NCBI RefSeq assembly: GCF_006345805.1
Contig: NC_043003.1
Location: 7,626,001-7,690,000, forward strand
Direction of reading: 5' to 3'
Length of the DNA stretch: 64,000 nucleotides
From: Octopus sinensis
Taxonomy: Eukaryota
Shown here piece after piece: positions 13,470 through 26,458 of this stretch. The notes under the pieces were generated by a model. That model did not search any database. It was not told where the DNA came from and was given only the letters and a program-made list of their open reading frames with translations. Each line of letters opens with the position of its first letter. Within the stretch, counting starts at the first letter, position 1. A program made the position numbers and the translations under genes.

Positions 13470-13883
13470 CTACTCTAGGTATAAAATTTTTGGGGAGAGG
13501 GCCAGCCGATTAGATCACCCCCAGTACGCAACTAGTACTTAATTTATCGATCCTGAAAGGATAAAAGGCAAAGTTGACCTTGGCAGAATTTGAACTCAGA
13601 ACGTAACGCAGATGAAATACCGCTAAGCATTTCGCTGGCGTGCTAACGTTTCTTATTTCTTTTATTACCCACAAGCGGTAAACATAGAGGTACAACAAGG
13701 ACAGACAAACGGATTAAGTCGATTACATCGACCTCAGTGCGTAAGGGTACTTAATTTATCGACCCCGAAAGGATGAAAGGCAAAGTCGACCTCGGCGGAA
13801 TTTGAACTCAGAACGTAACGGCAGACGAAATATAGCTACGCATTTCGCCCGGCGTGCTAACGTTTCTGCCAGCTCGCCGCCTT
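13470..13883 (-). mobile_element. SINE-B dimer (head + unit with tail 1 + unit with tail 2)
   Basis: Two tandem ~185-bp body units behind a single head at ~13830-13883. Confidence 0.8.
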
Positions 13884-14946
13884 TCAGATGCCAAGATAAC
13901 AAAACTTGCCAAAGTCTGGTACAATGGTTTTGCTATGGAATGGTGAAACTATTTTTCATCTTCTGAATAAAAGCAACGTTGTGGACTTACGACATTTTTG
14001 CATAATAGCAACGACATGAATAAACCAAAGATATGCTATCAGGCAAACAAGAGACATTTAACGTGTTGCTTTGTCACTTCACGGAATGAAATCGTGTGTT
14101 CTCTTGTTTTTGACAAATCTTAGCATCAATGAAGAATGCAAAGGGTGTACCACCAAACATCTGGTCGGCTTTGGCTGCTGGAACTGAAACTAATACGACG
14201 CTGTTGGAAGGCAGGTTTAGAGAGAGCGCTGGCTAAGATTGCGCCCTTCCTCTCCACGGGTCAGTTGAAGTTTAGACAGTGTCACGTGACAACTAGCTGG
14301 TGCTGGCTGCTGGAGCCTATCAAAGAGTATTTAAAGGGAAAATTGGCAGGATGGTCAGTCGCCCGCTGACATCTTTGACGCTGCGTCGAAGAAGAGAAGG
14401 AGCAGAAGAAAGAAGGAGAAAGAAGAAATGCACTCAACACCAGAGCTGAAGACACTTCCCAAAGAGGTGGGCACCACGTCGAAAACGGTAGAGGAGTAGG
14501 GGCCGAAACCAGACGTGGTTCCTTCTGATGATGTCTTTAGCCACTGGATCCTATGAAGGAGCTGTTCAGGTAGCAAACCACGAAAGGCAGTTGGAATTCC
14601 TTCCTTCAACCATCTCTGCCAAAAAATGCCTTTAGAATTCTTTTTGGTTGTGGAATTCCTCCATAGTGGAGTGGTTTCTCATTCCTCCATAGATCGGAGG
14701 AATGAGAAAACCATGCTTAAGCTTTCATTTCCTTTTGTTTTTACATTCTTCGTTTGTTTCAATCATTGGACTGCGGCCATGCTGGGGCACCGCTTTGTGA
14801 GTATTTAGTCGAAGTAATGAACCCTAGTACTTCTCTTTAAGTCTGGTACTTATTCTATCGATATCTTTTGCCAAATTGCTAAGTTACGAGCACATAAGCA
14901 AACCAGTATTGGCTGTCAAGTAGAGGTGAGGTCAAACTCAGACACA

Positions 14947-14992
<46 letters not shown>

Positions 14993-15551
14993 CTGTGTGT
15001 GTGTATGTGTGTGTGTGAGTGTTTGTGTGTGTGTGAGTGTGTGCGTATGAGTGTGTGTATATATGTGTGTGTGTGTGAGAGTGTGTGTTGGTGTGTTTGC
15101 GTATACGGCGGGATTCCACACAATTTTCGCTTACCAAATTCACCCTCAATGCATTAGTTGACCCGGGGCATTAGCAGAAGACACATGACCAAGATGCCGT
15201 GTAGTGGGATTGAATAAGAAACCACGCATCCATCCACCCACCCATCCACCCATCCATCCATCCATCCATCTTCTCCGCCTAGGTTTCTGGCAAGTTTCTT
15301 TAAGAAACCCCTCGCTTCTTCCCAAAATTTAATGCATTTAGCTTAGATTTTTGGGGCTCACCAATGTTGAACAGCCTCAAGTGTAACAGGCCGAAACTGT
15401 AGTGATAATTGGAATCTTGACTGATGAATAGAAAGCCACGAATGTTCTATCCTGGTTTTCCTGTTTGTCTTGTATCGATCATATGTCCGTATGTTTTCAT
15501 TGTCATCCTTTACGTTCTTGTTCTGTCTTTTTGATTTATATATATATATTA

Positions 15552-15955
15552 CTCTCTCTCTCTTTTACTTGTTTCAGTCATTTGACTGCGGCCATGCTGG
15601 AGCACCGCCTTTAGTCGAGCAAATCGACCCCGGCACTTATTCTTTGTAAGCCCAGTACTTATTCTATCAGTCTCTTTTGCCGAACCACTAAGTGACGGGG
15701 ACGTAAACACACCAGCATCGGTTGTCAAGCAATGCTAGGGGGACAGACACAGACACACAAACACACACACACATATATATTTACATATATACGACAGGCT
15801 TCTTTTCAGTTTCCGTCTACCAAATCCACTCACAAGGCATTGGTCGGCCCGGGGCTATAGCAGAAGACACTTGCCCAAGGTGCCACGCAGTGGGACCGAA
15901 CCCGGAACCATGTGGTTTGTTAGCAAGCTACTTACCACACAGCCACTCCTGCGCC
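15552..15955 (-). mobile_element. SINE-A, full length
   Basis: Same structure as 6490-6891. Confidence 0.9.
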
Positions 15956-15964
15956 TATATATAT

Positions 15965-16425
15965 TATAGCGGCGTACGTACACCTTTTGCTTACACTCTC
16001 CGGTTGGATTACTAAGTGTGACCAAATGAGACTACAAATGTTATCCAACCATTTCGTTCTTGGTCCACCCCTAGGTCTCCCGCCGAATGGGCTCAACTGG
16101 AAGAATCTGTCTTGTAATTCTTTCCTGTGACATTCTAATCCCATGTCTGTTGTACCAGAGCAGTGACTTCTCAATGAGGAGAAAGCGATTCGACTTGGAG
16201 AGGCTCTCCGATTCCTGAACTGCGCACCCTGTCGAGTAACGTTATTTCCGAAATCCTTGGGAGGAACTCCAGTTCAGCCGCTGCATGTTTTCGCGATCGA
16301 ACTCTTTCGGTCATTACCCAATATGCATGAGCATAGGTGTGGATAGACACGGAAATCGAATTGAAGAGAGCGATTGGTGGTTTGCAGATCGAGTTTTCTA
16401 ACCACAAAGCTTCGCCTTCTGATAT
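15965..16425 (-). mobile_element. RTE-clade LINE, decayed 3' ORF fragment
   Basis: ALFNSISVSIHTYAHAYWVMTERVRSR...TLLDRVRSSGI...GRPRGGPRTKWLDNI matches the post-RT C-terminal region of RTE elements; stops and frameshifts present. Confidence 0.85.
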
Positions 16426-16532
16426 TTAAACAGCACAACGTTATCCTTATTACCGAAGACTACGGATTTGTCTTTGAAGAATTAATTCAGTGATGACACT
16501 CAAAGCGCGAGACTAATTTCACACCGACGAGT

Positions 16533-16574
<42 letters not shown>

Positions 16575-16739
16575 TGTAGGTGGGTGTGTATGTGGGTGGG
16601 TGTGTGGGTGTGTGTGGGGGTGCAGCTAGAGTGTGAGAAGCGCCATTGTGATTTGCTGGTGTAAATTTTCGTTGTTGATGCAAAATATTTTATTTAAACC
16701 TTTTTGATGTAATTTGTTTTATTCCTAATTGAGTAATCA

Positions 16740-17150
16740 GAGAGAAAGGAGAGAGAGAGAGAAAGAGAGAAGAGGAGAAGGAGAGCGAGAGAAAGAGAGA
16801 AGAGGAGAAGGAGAGAGAAAGGGTGACAGTGAGAGATAGAGAGAGAGAGAGAGAGAGAAAAGGAGAGAGAAAGAGAGACAGACAGAAAGATAGAAAGATA
16901 AAGAACGAAAGAGTAAGACAACCAGACAGACAAAAAGAGAAGGAAGAAGAGAGGAGAGAGAGAGAGTTAGGGAGAGCGAGAGAGTAAGAGAGAAGGCAGA
17001 GGAGAGAGAGAGAGTGAAAGAAACAGAAACAGAGAGCAAGAGAGAGAGAGAGAGGGAATAAGCGTATGACAGAGAACGAGTAAGTGAGCGAGAGAGAGAG
17101 AGGGAGAGAAAGAGAGCAAAAGCGAGAGCTGATGCGCGCGAGCGAAAGAG
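16740..17150. repeat. Purine-rich (GA)n compound repeat
   Basis: Direct inspection. Confidence 0.9.
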
Positions 17151-17578
17151 AGAAAGCAACAACAACATCAGCAACAACAACTACACCATCATATGAAGAG
17201 TGCCTGTTGTATTTTTCTGAGCTCAGACTATCGTTGGTTATTGTTTGTACCCAATACATTATGATCAATAATGTAGCTCAGAATGTATCGATTTCTTATT
17301 TAGCCACAAGACCACAGATTATTTATGTGATAATGATTAATGGCTCCACAAAACAACATGGGCTAATATATGTTTAGCTAACCATTCTCTTGCATTTCCA
17401 CGATGACACATTAGTTTCGTTCTGGACAAGATACCAATATTAGCGTCTGATGTATTTCCAGAATAGTACAGCTAGTTGTTATTCTTTGCAGCTAATGTCT
17501 AAAGCAAACAAGAGCTTACGAATAATAAAATGCTTCGCTCGTATCTTTAATAAGACATGTCTTTCTAATCTCTGATAT

Positions 17579-17647
<69 letters not shown>

Positions 17648-17649
<2 letters not shown>

Positions 17650-17832
17650 GGGAGAGTTTACGAAAAAAAACCCAAAAGACGAAGGCAGGTGTGTACAAAA
17701 CAAACAGATGTATTAGTATAACGCTCAGGAATAGAAAAAGTCATTTAGGTTTCGAGCCTAAGCTCTTCTACAGAAAGATACACAGAAAAAACAAGGAGAG
17801 AAAAAAATGTGTGTAGTAGCTAACGATCTATC
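17648..17832 (-). mobile_element. Short TA-flanked element, family H2
   Basis: (TA)n on both sides; minus strand CTGTAGAAGAGCTTAGGCTCGAAAC at ~17743-17776. Confidence 0.6.
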
Positions 17833-17846
17833 ATATATATATATAT

Positions 17847-18256
17847 GGACGCAGAAGTGGCTGTGTGGTAAGTAGCTTGCTTACCAACTACATGGTTCCG
17901 GGTTCATTCCTACTGCGTGGCATCTTGGACAAGTGTCTTCTGCTATAACCTCAGGCCGATTAAAGCCTTGTGAATGGATTTGGTAGACGGAAACTGAAAG
18001 AAGCCCGTCGTATATATGTATATATATATATGTATGTATGTGTGTGTATATGTTTTTGTGTCTGTGTTTGCCCCCCCCCCAACAAACGATGGTGGTGTGT
18101 TCAAGTCCTCGTAACTTAGTGGTTCGGCAAAAAGAGCCCGATAGAATAAGTACTAGGCTTACAAAGAATAAGTCCTGGGGTCGATCTGCTCGACTAAAGT
18201 CGGTGCTCCAGCATGGCCGCAGTCAAATGACTGAAACAAGTAAAAGAGTAAAAGAG
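17847..18256 (+). mobile_element. SINE-A, full length
   Basis: Head, internal microsatellite and GTAAAAGAGTAAAAGAG tail. Confidence 0.9.
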
Positions 18257-18345
18257 ATATATAATTAAATAATAAGGGTAGAAATCAATTAAAACCAGTG
18301 GCTTAGCATATTTAAAAATCCGAAGATTAAAAATTGTGTTACATA

Positions 18346-18566
18346 CAAAATTAAGAGGAATGACCACTAAAGTAGAGACCCTATATGCTAAACATAGATG
18401 TCAAATCACCATTATCACGAAGAATGTGGTCTCAAGAAAAAATCTCAGCAAAACGCCAAAATGTAAAAATGAGCAAAACAAATGAAAACATACGAAATAA
18501 AAACGATTTGACGTCTATGTTTAGCATATAGGTTGTCAACTTTAGTGGTTATTCCTCTTAATTTTG
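18346..18566. mobile_element. TA-flanked element with ~63-bp terminal inverted repeats (MITE-like)
   Basis: CAAAATTAAGAGGAATGACCACTAAAGT...CTATATGCTAAACATAGATGTCAAATC is mirrored at ~18505-18566; TA at 18344-18345 and 18567-18568. Confidence 0.75.
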
Positions 18567-18673
18567 TATATATATATATTATTTTACTAGTTTCAGTCAA
18601 TTGACTGCGGCAATGCCGGAGCACCATCATATAGTCGAATAAATCGACCCCTGGGCTTATTCTTTGTAAGCCT

Positions 18674-18923
18674 TGTGAAAGGTAGGAGAGTCCAGTTTGC
18701 TGGACATTGTTGTAGAGCTGAAAAAGAAGTAATTTCTACTCTTCTCCTCTGGAAGCCATCTGCTCGCAATACCAGAGGGCGCACACTCTCCTACCCTGAT
18801 GTAATCTCCAGGGATACAGGCATCCAGCAACAGGACCTCCGTAATGCCATGATGGACCGTGAAGTCTGGCGTAGCATGGTAAATTCCATTGTCTCGACCA
18901 CGGTCGAACAATGATGAATGATG
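18674..18923 (+). mobile_element. 5'-truncated RTE LINE inserted in a SINE-A
   Basis: RRVQFAGHCCRAEKEVISTLLLWKP...DREVWRSMVNS followed by a (TGA)-type tail; 6-bp TSD AAGCCT at 18668-18673 and 18924-18929; the SINE-A sequence resumes on both sides. Confidence 0.88.
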
Positions 18924-20165
18924 AAGCCTGGTGCTTATTCTATCGGTCTTATTGGTCTGTCCACGCCTGCTATTTTGGGGATTTTGAACGGTTTTTGATG
19001 CTTGTTAGACGGAAAATGTTGCTGAGTAATTATGGATTTTTAATAAATCTGCCGACCAATTCCGACTTTAGTGTTTTGTTTATCACTGTTTTTCACTATT
19101 AGTATCGGTTCAATTTGTTTTGCAGTGCAGTGATAAGTAGAAACTTGCTACTGATGTCGTTCAAAAAAGCAAGAAATATATATTCAGCGATTCCGCTACT
19201 GCTTCCAGACACTTTTCGTACATTCTGTGATTTTTAACATTAGACGTCTGACTATACCAGTTGCTTTCACGTGACGAATACCGTAGTCTCAAAGCTTTCA
19301 TTAGTATATCTACGTTAAGTATGATATACCGAATGCTATGTTGATCAAATACTATTTTCGTCGCTAATAACAAATGCACCAAATACACGTGTGTGTATGA
19401 GTCTGTATTTGTCTGTATGTGTGCGGAAATAATCGCACACACTCGCACACAGATCATTATAGAATACAGTACGTGTATAGACGTGTTGTGAAATATAACG
19501 CGGGGAGAATCCATCCCTGGTTCTCAATAACACGGTGCACATATCAAATTTAATGCTGTATCAGTTTTCTTAATTTTCATTCAGATTAGTCAAATGGCAC
19601 GCCTGATTTTATTAACCTTCAGTCGCAGTGATCTGGCGATCGAACAGTTCATTGTCCTATAAATAGACCTCTTCGTTCTCTGAAGACTGAACGGATTTAA
19701 ACGCTGATCTTAGTTTGACATCTCTTAAATAATTGACGACTACAAAACAACATGGAGAACCTGGTCATTAAGAGACTGACTCTTTTGAACATTGGTTCTG
19801 AGTTTATTATACAGTCGCATGTTAATCCTGTCCCCTCACACTCTCTATATGTATGTGTGTGTGTGTGTTGTGTGTGTTTATATATATGTTCTTTTTATTT
19901 TTTTATTCATTTATCTTGTTGCAGATATTTGACTGCGGCCATGCTGGAGAACCAACTTTAGTCGAGCAAAATCGCCCCTAGCCTAGTACTTATTCTATCG
20001 GTTCTGTTTTTGCCAAACCGCTAAGTTACGGGGGCGTAAACACACTAACGTCGGTTGTCAAGCGATGCCGGGGGGATAAACACAGACACACAAATATATA
20101 CACGCACATACACGCTCACACACACACACAAACACATGCTCACTCACAAACATACCCACACAGAC

Positions 20166-20208
<43 letters not shown>

Positions 20209-20770
20209 TACACATATATACACATACATACATACATACACACGCACACAAACGTGTATGTATACATATACATACGTACACACCTACACACAAAGAGAGC
20301 GACACACGCAGATATATATGTGCATATACATACATACATACATACATACATACATACATACAAGCATGCACTCACAGACAGACACAAAAATACATGCAGA
20401 CACACACAGGCGGCTTTTGTCCAGATTAAATGTTTCCAAGCATAACTGAAATGATCTAAATGTTTATTCGCAACATTGCTTTAATGTGCTCAACACACGC
20501 TCACACACACACACACCACACACACACACACACACACAGACAGACACACACACACAGACACACACACAGACACACACACAGACACACACACACACGCACA
20601 CACACACACACACACACACGCACGCACACACACACATACACACACGAGAACCACACACACACATATGTATATGCATATCTGTATATCTCTCTCCATGTAT
20701 ATACATATATACATGTACGTGTGTTGGTGGTTCGGTGTGTATGTGTAAACGGGGACATACTCATTCTAAA

Positions 20771-20811
<41 letters not shown>

Positions 20812-21175
20812 GTTATGTTATGAAATATTACACGGGGAGGAAACAGCTCTAGGTCTCAGTAACATGGCGTTCGTATCAAATTTAATACCGTCTCAGATTT
20901 ATAGATTTGAATCCAGGTTATCCAACCCGACAGGTTATGTTTGCCTTCAGTCGCTGTGATTGTGCGATCGAACAGTTCGTAGTTGTAGAAACAAGTTACT
21001 TAGAATGAGTTAATTTACATATTGGTTTGTTTCCGCCGTTGTTAAAGAATTGACGAATATATAATATCATGAGAACACGGCTATTGAATAAGTTGAATCT
21101 TTTTAATTTTGCTGTTGTATGACCGTATTTGTTATATATTAGCGTGTGGTTCTCTGCACTTACTCCCTCAGTATA

Positions 21176-21219
<44 letters not shown>

Positions 21220-21229
21220 ATATATATAG

Positions 21230-21263
<34 letters not shown>

Positions 21264-21438
21264 GTATGTATATAAAACTAGCCGAAATTGCAAAAATAAT
21301 ATCCGGAACTCGACTGAGAAAGAAAACTCCGAATGATCCGTCCTTGTTTTCCTTCTATCGTCTGTCTAGGTTTTGGCTGCCCCCTTTTTTGTTTCACTTA
21401 ACTGTCTGGATGTTTGGCGTTCTTGTCCCATTTATGTA

Positions 21439-21500
<62 letters not shown>

Positions 21501-21506
21501 TATATG

Positions 21507-21540
<34 letters not shown>

Positions 21541-21554
21541 CCGTGCGTGTGTGT

Positions 21555-22095
21555 GTGGAGGCGCAACGGCCCAGTGGTTAGGGGCAGAGACTCGCAGTTT
21601 CGATTCCCAGACCGGGCGTTGCGAGTGTTTGTTGAGCAAAAACACCTAAAGCTTCACGAGGCTCCGGCAGGGGTGGGGGTGGGGTGAACCCTGCTCTCTA
21701 TNNNNNNNNNNNNNNNNNNNNNNNNNNNNNNNNNNNNNNNNNNNNNNNNNNNNNNNNNNNNNNNNNNNNNNNNNNNNNNNNNNNNNNNNNNNNNNNNNNN
21801 NGTTTCAGGGGGCGCTGCAAACTTCCTGATAGTTACGTCCCTTTATGCTCTGAGTTTACACCATGTACAGTTCATCTTGGTTCAGTGCTTCTCCAAAGTC
21901 GATAAAATAAACAAGTCCAAAAGTGGCAGGGGGTGTTGGTGACCCCTGTTGTACTCTTTCGCCTCAACTTTCTCTCACTCTTTCTTCCTGTTTCTTGAGT
22001 AACGCTGCGATGGACTGGCGTCCCGTCCAGCTGGGAGGAACACTTACGCCATAGAAACCGCGAAACCGAGCCTGGCTAGGCTTGGAAAGGGCGAA
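21555..22095 (+). mobile_element. SINE-C fragments on either side of the assembly gap
   Basis: tRNA-like head GGCCCAGTGGTTAGG..TTTCGATTCCC left of the gap; body GCGATGGACTGGCGTCCCGTCC right of the gap. Confidence 0.65.
21702..21801. other. Assembly gap (100 N)
   Basis: Exactly 100 Ns, usually a placeholder of unknown size; adjacency across it is unproven. Confidence 0.99.
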
Positions 22096-22129
22096 AGAAG
22101 AAGATATATATATATAATGTGTATATATT

Positions 22130-22569
22130 CTTTTATTCTTTATTTTGTTTCAGTCAGTTGACCGCGTTCAAGCTGGAGCACCGCCTTTAGACGAAGAAAT
22201 CGAACCCAGGACTTATTCTTTGTAAGCCTAGTACTTATCCTATCGGTCTCTTTTTCCGAACCGCTAAGTTACGGGGACATAAACACACCAACTTCAATAG
22301 TCAAGCAATGATGGCGGAGACAAATACACACACACAAACAAGCACACATGCACGCTCGCACGCACGCACACACACGATGGGCTTCTTTCAGTTTCCATCT
22401 ACCAACTATACTCACAAAGCTTTGGTCGGCCCGAAGCTATAGTAGAAGACACTTGCCCAAGATGGCACGCAGTGGGACTGAACCCGGGATCATGTGCTTG
22501 CAAGCAAGCTACTTACCACACAGCCACTCCTGATATGTATATCTTTTGTCAAAAGGATATATATATATC

Positions 22570-22624
<55 letters not shown>

Positions 22625-22766
22625 GCAAGTAGCTTGTTCACCAACCATATGGTTCCGGGTTCAGTCCCACTGCGTAGCACCTGGGCAAGTGCCTTCTACT
22701 ATAGCTTCGGGTCGACCAAAGCCTTGTGAGTGGATTTGGTAGGTGGAAACTGAATGAAGCCCATCG

Positions 22767-22798
<32 letters not shown>

Positions 22799-22998
22799 TT
22801 TGTGCCTGTGTTTGTTCCCCCAATATCGCTTGACAACCGATGCTGGTGTGTTTACGTCCCCGTAACTTAGCGGTTCGGCTAAAATGACCGATAGAATAAG
22901 TACTAGGCTTACAAAGAATAAGTCTTGGAGTCGATTTCTTAGACTAAAGGCTGTGCTCCAGCATGCCTGCAGTCAAATGGCTGAAACAAGCAAATAAA
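22130..22998. mobile_element. Two SINE-A copies head-to-head (22130-22530 minus, 22620-22998 plus)
   Basis: Mirror-image copies separated by a (TA)n tract. Confidence 0.85.
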
Positions 22999-23031
22999 TA
23001 TATATATATATATGTGTGTGTGAGAGAGAGG

Positions 23032-23101
<70 letters not shown>

Positions 23102-23343
23102 GGGAATATCTCAACTCAAAATCTGTAAACAAGAGTAAAATCGATAATGTGTATTGTAAAATTAATGATAATCTTTCTGAACTGCATTTCGATTCTTTAA
23201 GCAAAAGTAATTCCGATTCTGATAATACAGGTAAGCTAACACCTGGTTTTAATAGTAATCCTGCCTTAACACGTCATTCTTTGAGGAGAACTAGTAGGAA
23301 TTCTTTTAACCATGAGTACTAAATACAAGTGAATAAATCCCTG

Positions 23344-23766
23344 TGTAATTGTAAAAACAACATTGTTTGCCTTATAGAAAATGTGTGACTAAGGAAAATT
23401 ATAGTCTATCAATGCAAGGTAACAACAGGGGATCATAAGTATTACGACACAGCTTCATCTGCTACAATTTGGAAACCTAAATTTCATAATCATTCTCATT
23501 CATTTCAGTATAGAAGAAGAGGTAATTCTCCAAATCTTAGTAAATGTATTTGGGATTTAAAAGATAGGAACGTCAAGTATGATTTTTGGTGGTCCAACAT
23601 TAGTCACGCACCATCGTACAATATTGGCAATTTTACATGCAATCTTTATCTTGAAGAAATGTATTACATAAGTAATTCTAAATTAATCTTATTAAATTTC
23701 AGTGGGTATTTTACAATGAAATGTCGTCATGAATTTCGGAAGGCATTTAAATATTTCAATTCTTAA
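23344..23766 (+). pseudogene. Penelope-type GIY-YIG endonuclease relic
   Basis: One frame, 141 codons, one internal stop: CNC...IVYQCKV...WKPKFHNHSHSF...LSKCIWDLK...Y...CNLYLEE...LLN...KCRH. This fits the Cys-flanked GIY-YIG domain of Penelope-like elements, but the YIG motif is degenerate (YYD). Confidence 0.75.
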
Positions 23767-23799
23767 TTATAATTGTTTTTCGTATATTATATAATAACT

Positions 23800-24257
23800 C
23801 TCTTTACTCTTTACTCTTTTACTTGTTTCAGTCATTTGACTGCGGCCATGCTGGAGCACCGCCTTTAGTCGAGTAAATCGACCCCGGGACTTATTCTTTG
23901 TAAGCCGAGTACTTATTCTTTCGGTCTCTTTTGCCGAACCGCTAAGTGACGGAGACATAAACACACCAGCATAGGTTGTCAAGCAATGCTAGGGGGACAA
24001 ACACAGACACACAAACACACACACACATACATACATACACACACACACACCACAACACACACCACACACACACACACCACACACACACACACACAACATA
24101 CTATATATATATATATATATATATACATAATACGACAGGCTTCTTTCAGTTTCCGTCTACCAAATCCACTCACAAGGCATTGGTCGGCCCGGGGCTATAG
24201 CAGAAGATACTTGTGGTTGGTTAGCAAGCTACTTACCACACAGCCACTCCAGCGCCT
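23800..24257 (-). mobile_element. SINE-A, near full length with an internal deletion
   Basis: Tail, right half, (CA)n/(TA)n, left half. Confidence 0.88.
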
Positions 24258-25465
24258 TTTCTAAAAAAGTTTACTTGTGATATAGAATCTTTGTTTCCAA
24301 CTGTCGAAACATAGAATTCTTTTGTTTATTTTTTTATTCATATAAAAGTATAACAAAAATATTTTAAATCTGGAAAACGTTAACGGACATGGTCACATAG
24401 TTAAGAAATTCTCTTTGCAGTCGTGTCATGTCCAATCCCACCATACAATACCCTGGGAAATTACCTTCTGTACCGTTGTTTTCAGTTAAGCAGTACGTGG
24501 GAGAATCTGATAGGCGAAAACTGCGAACAATACTGATGTTCGTTTAGCTACATAACTAGCAAGCTAGCTACCTACTTACAAGCCTACATAGCAGTGTCCT
24601 GCTATGTACAACTACATTCACATGTAAATACAAATACACGGTGTTGGATGGGCTTGGAGCCAAATCCGGCCTTTGATAGGTTTTGTCTTTTTTCGTCTCA
24701 CAAAGTATATGAAAATCTCCGTTCTCACCGAGCAAGTTTGGTGGAGTTGTTGGTTCGGTCGGCGACGGCCTGATCATATCCATTTTGCGCTGGTTTACAT
24801 GTTTACTAATGGCCTATTTCTGGTCTTTATATATTGGTTGTTAAAGCCCGTGGTCTAATGATTAGAGTTTCGGGTTGACGATCGATAGGTTATAAGTTCG
24901 ATTCTCAGACCGGGCGGTGCGTTAAATCCTTGAGCAAGGTACTTCAGTTTACGTTGCTCTATTATACTCATCAGAAAATGAGCCCCAGTGGCACCTGGTG
25001 CTTAGTTTTGTGATAGACTGTGCCACCCCATCTCTGTTCAAGCGCCGAGTCTTGTACTGTCACCCTCAAACGCCTTGAAAAATGTCCGGATATAAATGTT
25101 TCTTAACGTAGTCTTCCACTGGTTTCAGTCCTTGAGCTGCAGCCATACTGGAGCTCTGCATTTAGGGATTCAGCTGATCATATCAACCTCTATATTTATT
25201 GCAGTCTGGTACATATTGTTGTATTCATTTCTATTTGACCAGCAGCTAAGTTACAGGACAAATACAACATCCTTTATGCGCTGTAACTTAACGGTCGACA
25301 AATGTTAGATTTCTGCCATTCTACCGCCGTTGCCAGACATTCTTAGCACTATACTTCTATCCAAGATGCTTTCTTGAGACGAACATAACAGTTTTCTGGC
25401 TTTCTACAGTATATTCACATTAAGTAAGACTTACACGCTTATTACAATTATTATTGTAATTATTA

Positions 25466-26030
25466 CAAATGCTTAGTGGTATTTCGTCTGCCGTTACGTT
25501 CTGAGTTCAAATTCCGCCGAGGTCGACTTTGCCTTTCATCCTTTCGGAGTCGATTAAATAAGTACCAGTTACGCACTGGGGTCGATATAATCGACTTAAT
25601 CCGTTTGTTTGTCCTTGTTTGTCCTCTCTATGTTTAGCCCTTTGTGGGTAGTAAAGAAATAGATATTTCGTCTGTCTTTATGTTCTGAGTTCAAATTCCG
25701 CTGAAGTTGGCTTTGCCTTTAATCCTTTCGGGATCGATAAATTAAGTACCAGTTACGCACTAGGGTCGATATAATCGACTTAATCCGTTTGTCTGTCATT
25801 GTTTGTCCCCTCTGTGGGTAGTACCCTTGTTTGTACCCTTGTGGGTAGTAAAGAAATAGATATTTCGTCTGTCTTTACGTTCTGAGTTCAAATTCCGTCG
25901 TGGTTGGATTTGCCTTTCATCATTTCGGAGTCGATAAATTAAGTACCAGTTGCGTGCCGGGGTCGATCCAATCGACTGCCCCCCCCCCCCAATAATTTCG
26001 TACCTTGTGCCTAGAGTAGGAAAGAATATC
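25466..26030 (+). mobile_element. SINE-B trimer
   Basis: Units start at 25478, 25662 and 25859; the last unit carries the alternative tail (CCTTGTGCCTAGAGTAGGAAAGAAT). Confidence 0.85.
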
Positions 26031-26164
26031 TTTATTTTGTTGACAATAACAATATCTGGTTTTCGTGGTTCAATTACTTAATCCCACCCAGTGTTGAAGT
26101 TGCCCATAACTTAACACCATCATCGTCTGTCATGCATTAGATTGAGGTTCATACCATTTCTCAT

Positions 26165-26458
26165 ACAAGGTTCATGGGCCCGGTTTTCTGGTTTCTATGG
26201 CGTATATGGCGTATGTGTTTCCCCCAGCAGGACGGGACGCCAGTCCATCGCAGCGTTACTCAAGAAGCAGGAAGAGAGAGTGAGAGAAAGTAGTGGCGAA
26301 AGAGTACAACAGGGGTCGCCACCACCCCCTGCCGGGGCCTCGTGGAGCTTTTAGGTGTTTTCGCTCAATAAACACACACAATGCCCGGTCTGGGAATCGA
26401 AACCGCGATCCTCCGACCGCGAGTTCGCTGCCCTAACCACTGGGCCATTGCGCCTCCA
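26165..26458 (-). mobile_element. SINE-C, full length (tRNA-Arg-like head)
   Basis: GGAGGCGCAATGGCCCAGTGGTTAGGGCAGCGAACTCGCGG...GGTTTCGATTCCC with A/B boxes and a TCG anticodon-like loop; possibly one of the octopus OR families (not verified). Confidence 0.8.

Noticed and set aside
14100-14660. Degenerate ORF1/gag-like stretches (also 36090-36560 and 54000-55000)
   Set aside because: Only a vague resemblance with many stops; no diagnostic motif, so the class cannot be supported.
19161-19514. 117-aa minus-strand ORF (…RESNWYSQTSNVKNHRMYEKCLEAVAE…)
   Set aside because: No family recognised and no clear donor site; it needs a database search.
25466-26030. Regularly spaced repeats resembling a CRISPR array
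   Set aside because: These are ~185-bp SINE body units with no unique spacers and no cas genes, in a eukaryotic context.
26390-26458. tRNA-like sequences (also 62690-62758 and the SINE-A/B heads)
   Set aside because: They continue into SINE bodies, lack a proper acceptor stem, and are multi-copy; they are SINE heads, not tRNA genes.
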